A stretch of 63,599 nt of DNA, filler included, from Basidiobolus meristosporus CBS 931.73 (taxonomy: Eukaryota > Fungi > Basidiobolomycota): assembly GCA_002104905.1 (NCBI GenBank). It is 4 parts of 4 records of this genome, joined end to end, with 100 filler letters (N's around TTAATTAATTAA, not from the genome) between each part and the next. Parts side by side here need not be neighbours in the genome. Positions count along the whole stretch, not along the records: positions 55,095 to 63,599 come from MCFE01001339.1; 3 more parts are not named here. The stretch is one strand, 5' to 3'. Of this stretch, positions 57,822-63,599 are shown one piece after another (within the stretch, counting starts at the first letter, position 1; each line of letters starts with the position of its first letter). The position numbers were made by a program, and so were the translations under genes. Below the pieces are notes generated by a model that ran no database searches, was not told the DNA's origin, and worked only from the letters and a program-made list of their open reading frames with translations.

Positions 57822-59975
57822 TATCTAATATGTGGGTTATGAAGCCATTGGTTTGTCAAGAGTACAATTATTGAGCCAAAATCCCCAGCTTTGGATAGGT
57901 TAGTGTCACTTTAGATGGTATTGGCTCTGACATCTTTGATGGAGTTTTGTACTAAAGCTTCCAACAGCGTAACAGTGTAAGATACACCAGCTGGGTAATA
58001 AAGTGAATGCAGCCTTTGCCAATATTAGGCAAATATACTTTATCTTTGCCTTTAGGGGACAGGACTAGGGAAAGACTCAGGGTATACTTTAGTAGGTATT
58101 CCCTTGCAATTTCTACTTAAGAACCTTGGGTAGAAGGCAGTAATTCATGGGTAAGTCAGGAGCAGTCTGAATAAACTGTTATGAACAGACACAAGACAGG
58201 AGAGTAGAGCTTGTCAAGGCAGGACCAGGAAAGGATATAAGTGTGGATCAGCAAGTGCAATGAGAAGAAATTGTGATGATCTCATCACATGGCCATTACA
58301 AAATTAAAGTCATGTAACAAAGAGGAAATGATCCCATCAGGACACTGTGAAAAGATCAGTGAAAAACATCTCACCCCAGACTTCACAAAAAGCTCAGTGA
58401 AAGTTTCTCATCACAACAATACATAAGTGGCTTTTGACTGGTCTGCTGCCAATTCTCTCACTTTCTGATACCAGACACTCATGCACCTCCTATATTGTGC
58501 ACATTGATTGATTGTTACCCCTTTTTCATACTCCATACTTCCCAACTCAACCAATTGTCTTACTTTTCATGCATACAAACTGTTTGATTTCTGCTGAAAC
58601 TTCAGCTGCACCTCAATTGCAAATTAAATTGACCTCTACAAGCACATGTACCCAACACTAACATTAAGCCTAACTCAACACTCAACAAATAACTCCATTA
58701 GATTCCACCATTCAATAAGTACTTCTGCTGTGATGCACTCTTCCTATGACTTTAGTGGGAACCCTGCAGCTTTATGCCACTGTGCATTCACTGGTTCCCA
58801 TATATCCTGGTCTTCAGCCCGCACTATAAGTTGGTTTTTAGCTCCAACTTCAGTTAACAAAAAAGATATGTTTCAAGACAAGTTTGAATTTTTTTTGTTT
58901 ATAATTATAGGATTAGAAACCATGAGGTTTAGTCATACATTTGTGAGATATTTACACGCATAAGCTGATATATAGTGCTGCAACCCCTTGGTATGTTTAT
59001 TAATGTACTAAACTCCACTATAGGCATTGTGATAGTCTTTTGAGTTTTAGATGATGTTGCTTAGTGTGTCAGTTAAATCTCCACTCTGTCCACAATGAAG
59101 TACATAGAGGCTATGTTAGACAAGTTACCTTTGTCTGCAAACTCATCTACCTTACTGGAGTGGAGCTCAAGTAGCTTCACTTCCAACTCTTGAGAACACA
59201 GATTATGCTTTGTTTGCAATTCTTCTTAGCTATGATGGGAGTTACCCTGGTCTAGGATGGTGGCATCAATTGGTGAAAATTGCAGCTTTTTTCTCATGCT
59301 TCCCTGCCTCTGGCTTGGGTAGAGTTTTTCTCTTTACCTTTACCTTTATCTCTGCCTAGTCTTGCACTGTCACTCTGGCTGAGTGCAACTTGTATTGCAC
59401 TTTGTTTTCTCCTTGATGCATGCTGCACCAGTGCATTTGTTTTTGCCAGCTTGTCCCTTGCTAGCACTCTCCCGGCCACCGGACATTTCACTGCCACTTG
59501 TTGGAAACTTCAGCCCTGCCTGTGACAAGCTCTTGAGAAGGCCACCAGTTTTGAGCTGCAGCATCCTTGTTCCTCTTTCTTTGATTGGTTCTGCTATTCT
59601 TGAGATACTCTCTTAGCATACCAGTGGTAGCACAAGATCTGTTTTCTTGCTTGAGTCCAGGATAATGTTCATAGAGCAGCTCAAGCACATTAAGTTTGGC
59701 CTTGGGTTCCTGATGATTCTATGGTGTGCTGACATGAAGAAGATGTCAGGCTAGAATACATGTGGCCTCTGAAATTTCAGGCCACTTGGCAGTGTGGCAC
59801 TCTATGGCTTAATGGATCTTCAATGTCTTTTGATTTCTATGTTCTGGTATTCATATTACAGTCTCACCATCCCATGTTATGATAGGTTATTTGGGAGTTC
59901 TATCTTTTGGCACTATTGCTGAGCTTCAAAGATTGTGTTTTCTGCCTGGGATACTGACTGCCCTACATGTATTAT

Positions 59976-62900
59976 TGTTATGATCTGCCGCTTGAATGTT
60001 TAAGTTAGATCAGTTTTTAGTCAAATCAATTAGTATATGTTTAGGTTATCAGTATATCAGTATTATCTATGAAATCAGTAGCATTAATCAGCAAATGAAT
60101 CAGCAGATCCTTATCAGACAGAAATAGATATATTAAGTAGGATCTTATTGGGTGATGATGATGCAATCAAATGGGTCATCAGCCACAACCTAAACTAGGA
60201 AATACAATTAGTCAGCAATTGATCTGGCAAAATGTATATAAGGAGCTGCTGGAACCTCAATAAAAATCAGTTCAAGTTTTAGTGAATACAATACTAGCTA
60301 AACTCCCTATTCCTCTACAACTCTTATACCAAGACTTGTAACATTGTTAGCAGCAATAACCAGAAACCTCCCTCCTGAAGAAAGAAGAAACCACCCTCAA
60401 GATGTCGGACAATCAAGAATGGAAGAATGCCATGCAGCAAATCCTGGCCCAACAGCAACAGCTACTCCAGATCCTCAGCCAACAGCAACAAGGAATGACT
60501 ACCATGGCTCAGAGCCAGCAAAGCCCTGTCAAGAGCAACTTTAGTGTGAAGGTCCACCGGTACCATGGCAGAGTCAATGAAAACCTGGGAACTTGGTTCT
60601 TTCAGATTGAAGAAGCTTTTAAAGCTAAAGGAATTGCTCCAGAGAGCAAGTTGCATTATGCAGCTTCTTACCTGGCAGATGCAGCTTTACAGTGGTACCA
60701 CAACAAGATCAGGTCAGCTACTATGATGGGATGCTCTACAATCTCTACCTGAGATGAGTTTGTGTCAGAAATTCAGGATGCTTTTGAACCTCTACACCAG
60801 CAGACATTACTAAGAAGGAAGTTAAAGACACTCAGACAGAAAGGAATGGTGCAAGAATACATCTATGAGTACAGATGTCTACTTGGGCAAATTGAAAGAA
60901 TGGACCCCTTGGATCAAGTTGAATACTTTATTGATGGGTTGAAAGAAAGAACTTGCAAGGAAGTCAATTACCAAAGACCTCAGACTATTGAAGAAGCCAT
61001 CAAGATTGCCATTAACTATGACTCAGCTATGTTTGGAGTTGGGAAGCCTACAGTGACTAATCAGAAAGGCTATAATCATTATGAAAGAAGACAATCAGAA
61101 GCAGTACCAATGGAAATAGACGCTATGCAGAAGAATCCCTCCTCAGAAGAATGCAAGAAGAGAGGACTTTGCTTCATTTGCCACCAGCAGGGACATATTG
61201 CAAAGTACTGCCCTCAGAGAAGAAATGGACACCAGCCAACAAGAATCTTCAACCATATTGAGTCCCATGAACACAGTAATGTGGAAGATGAGCTTGATGA
61301 AGACTTGGAACTCACCTTCCATATGACAGAAGAGTACTTGTCCCAAATGACTTCAAACTCAGGGAAGTTATTGTACTTGAATGGAGTAATCAATGGAGTA
61401 CCTGCCAAGATCATGATTGACACAGGAGCATTGCATGAGTACATGTCAGAGCAATTTGCTTTGAAAGCTGGAACCAACTTGGAACCTACCAAATCAACTT
61501 CAGTCTCCACAGCAGATGGGAACTCCCACATAATCAACCGTATTACCCAGCCAACAAGAATGAAGATCAATGACTATGAAGAAGACCTACAGGCTTATAT
61601 ATTTGGGAACTGCAAGTTTGACCTTGTACTTGGAAAAACCTGGCTATTTTGTTGTAATCCATCAATCAACTGGAGAACCCATGCTACTCAGATCCAAAAA
61701 GACAACAAGACCTATGAGCTATTACCTGCCATGCTGGATTTCAACTTGGTCAATTCCAGTGTGTGTGAGACAAGTAAACTTAGCAAGACCCAGTTCTGTA
61801 GAGCACTTAGAAAAGGTACCAATATGTTCCTTGTGGCGGTATTACAGGAGGATTCCTCTACCCCAGCACCCCAGCAGGTCCAGACTCTCTTGAAGAAATA
61901 TTCAGACGTGTTCCCAGATGAGCTTGTAAGTCTACCACCAGTCAGAGACGTGGATCATGCCATTGACACAGGAGATAGCCCTCCAGTGAGCAAGACACCT
62001 TACAGAATGAGTCCATTAGAATTGGAGGAAATGAAGAGACAAATTGATCAGCTATTGGAGCAAGGATACATCAGGCCCAGCAAGTCACCCTGGGGAGCAC
62101 CAGTGCTTTTTGTGAAAAAGAAGGATGGAACACTTAGGATGTGCATTGACTACAGAGCCCTGAACTCAGTTACTGTCAAGAATAAGTACCCCATACCTTG
62201 GATTGATGAGCTTTTAGACCAACTTAATGGAGCCACTATTTTCAGCAAGATTGACCTCATGTCAGGATACAACCAGATTAGGGTGAAGCCAGAAGACATC
62301 CCCAAGACAGCATTCAGGACCAGATATGGACATTACAAGTACCTAGTCATGAGTTTTGGCCTCACCAATGCCCCTGCAACATTCATGACGCTGATGCAGA
62401 CTGTCTTTCAGGAGTACTTAGACAAGTTTGTGATAATCTACCTGGATGACATATTGATATACAGCAAGACAGAAGAGGATCACGTAGTGCACATTGAAAA
62501 GGTCTTGAAGAAACTAAGAGAGAACAAGCTATATGGCAAGCTAGCCAAGTGTGAATTCTTCAAGGAGCACGTTGAATACCTGGGACACATAGTGACTAGC
62601 ACAGGAGTAACCTTAGACCCAAAGAAGGTGGAAGTAATCAAGAATTTGAAGCAGCCATGTAGCATATCAGAACTCAGATCATTCCTTGGAATGGTTTCCT
62701 ATTATCGGAGATTTGTCAAGTCTTTTGCAAGTATTGCAGCCCCTTTAACTGATATCCTCAAGAAAGACAATACCTACAAGTGGGACATAGCTTGTGAGAC
62801 TGCCTTCCAGACGCTCAAGAATGAACTTGCTAAGCTGCCAAGCCTAAGAATACCAGACTTCAGAAAAGAGTTCACTCTGTGCACAGATGCTTCAGATTAT

Positions 62901-63599
62901 GCAATTGGTGGAGTGCTGAGCCAAGAACACAAGGGAAAGGACTACCCTGTTGCCTTTGAATCCAAGAAACTGAACTCAGCAGAACAAAACTATCCAGTCC
63001 ATGAGAAGGAGATGCTTGCTATAGTACACTGTTTGAAGACATGGAGATGCTATATTGCAGGAGTCAAATGCACTGTGAAGACTGATCATGCCTCCCTCAA
63101 GTATATATTTACTCAGAGGGTACTCTCTAGAAGAATGACAAGATGGAGTGAATACATTCAGCAATTTGACCTGGAGATTGTTTACTGCCCAGGAAAAAAC
63201 AACACGGTTGCTGATGCCTTATCAAGATTAGATCAAGTTGCACAACTCAACTTGGTGCATGAATCAGATTGGCCTAGCCTATTACCAAAGTACTTGGAGG
63301 ACCAAGCCATTCCTAATGAGGTGGATGAAGATATCAAGAAGATAATCCGTGATGAAGCCAGCAAATTTGTTGTACAGGATGAAACACTCTACCAAATTGT
63401 TGATGGAAGCCCTATTGCCTATTGTCCTTATGTTGCTTGCCTGGATTTAATACATAAGCTACTCAATGGATATGGACATCTTGGGATTGAAGGAACCTAT
63501 AGCCTTCTGAAAGCCAGAGCATGGTGGCCCAGAATGAAACAAGATATTGAGAAGCTAGTGAAAACATGCCCAAACTGCCAAATCAATCAAGGCCAGCCA
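59976..63599 (+). mobile_element. Ty3/gypsy element (5' LTR 59976-60343; gag-pol from 60402, one TGA at 60750-60752, runs off the window)
   Basis: TGTTA...TAACA LTR; knuckle [14 protein letters not shown], protease IDTGA, RT YLDD, RNaseH TDAS, integrase start GHLG...WWP...CPNC. Confidence 0.9.

Noticed and set aside
57900-59900. Possible decayed DNA transposon coding region
   Set aside because: CpG-poor and repeat-like, but no transposase motif or termini could be identified
59976-60360. Tf1-like self-priming for the last gypsy element (no clear tRNA PBS)
   Set aside because: Only a 6-nt complement (GCTGCT) was found in the LTR; insufficient
1-63599. CRISPR array, rRNA or prokaryotic operon
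   Set aside because: No repeat-spacer structure or rRNA similarity seen; genes are spliced eukaryotic genes

Overview
Eukaryotic, fungal-type genomic DNA (short GT-AG introns, TTAGGG telomere, fungal-type PHO85/TFB2/SSH4/LSC1; probably an early-diverging lineage, by inference only). The window is four unrelated contigs joined by artificial N44-TTAATTAATTAA-N44 spacers: 1-13310, 13411-33422, 33523-54994 and 55095-63599. Contig 1 is a nested retroelement stack: a non-autonomous copia sits inside the LTR of a tandem gag-protease-only Ty3/gypsy array, which itself sits inside the LTR of a related pol-bearing element. Contig 2 is a chromosome end: SSH4-like and TFB2 genes, an intact Ty3/gypsy element and a solo LTR each inserted 7-10 bp upstream of a tRNA gene, tRNA-Pro, tRNA-Thr, U6 snRNA, copia debris and about 40 TTAGGG repeats. 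Contig 3 has a trihelix/Myb-SANT factor, LSC1, a secreted amidase flanked by two inverted paralogs sharing a 254-bp identical tract, intronless PHO85 and copia debris. Contig 4 has copia gag, a long foldback repeat and a CpG-mutated gypsy. Main leads: Pol III-gene-targeted retrotransposition that coincides with escape from CpG decay, a nearly CpG-free gag-PR-only tandem element, and a converted or invertible paralog pair. All alignments and counts were done by eye.
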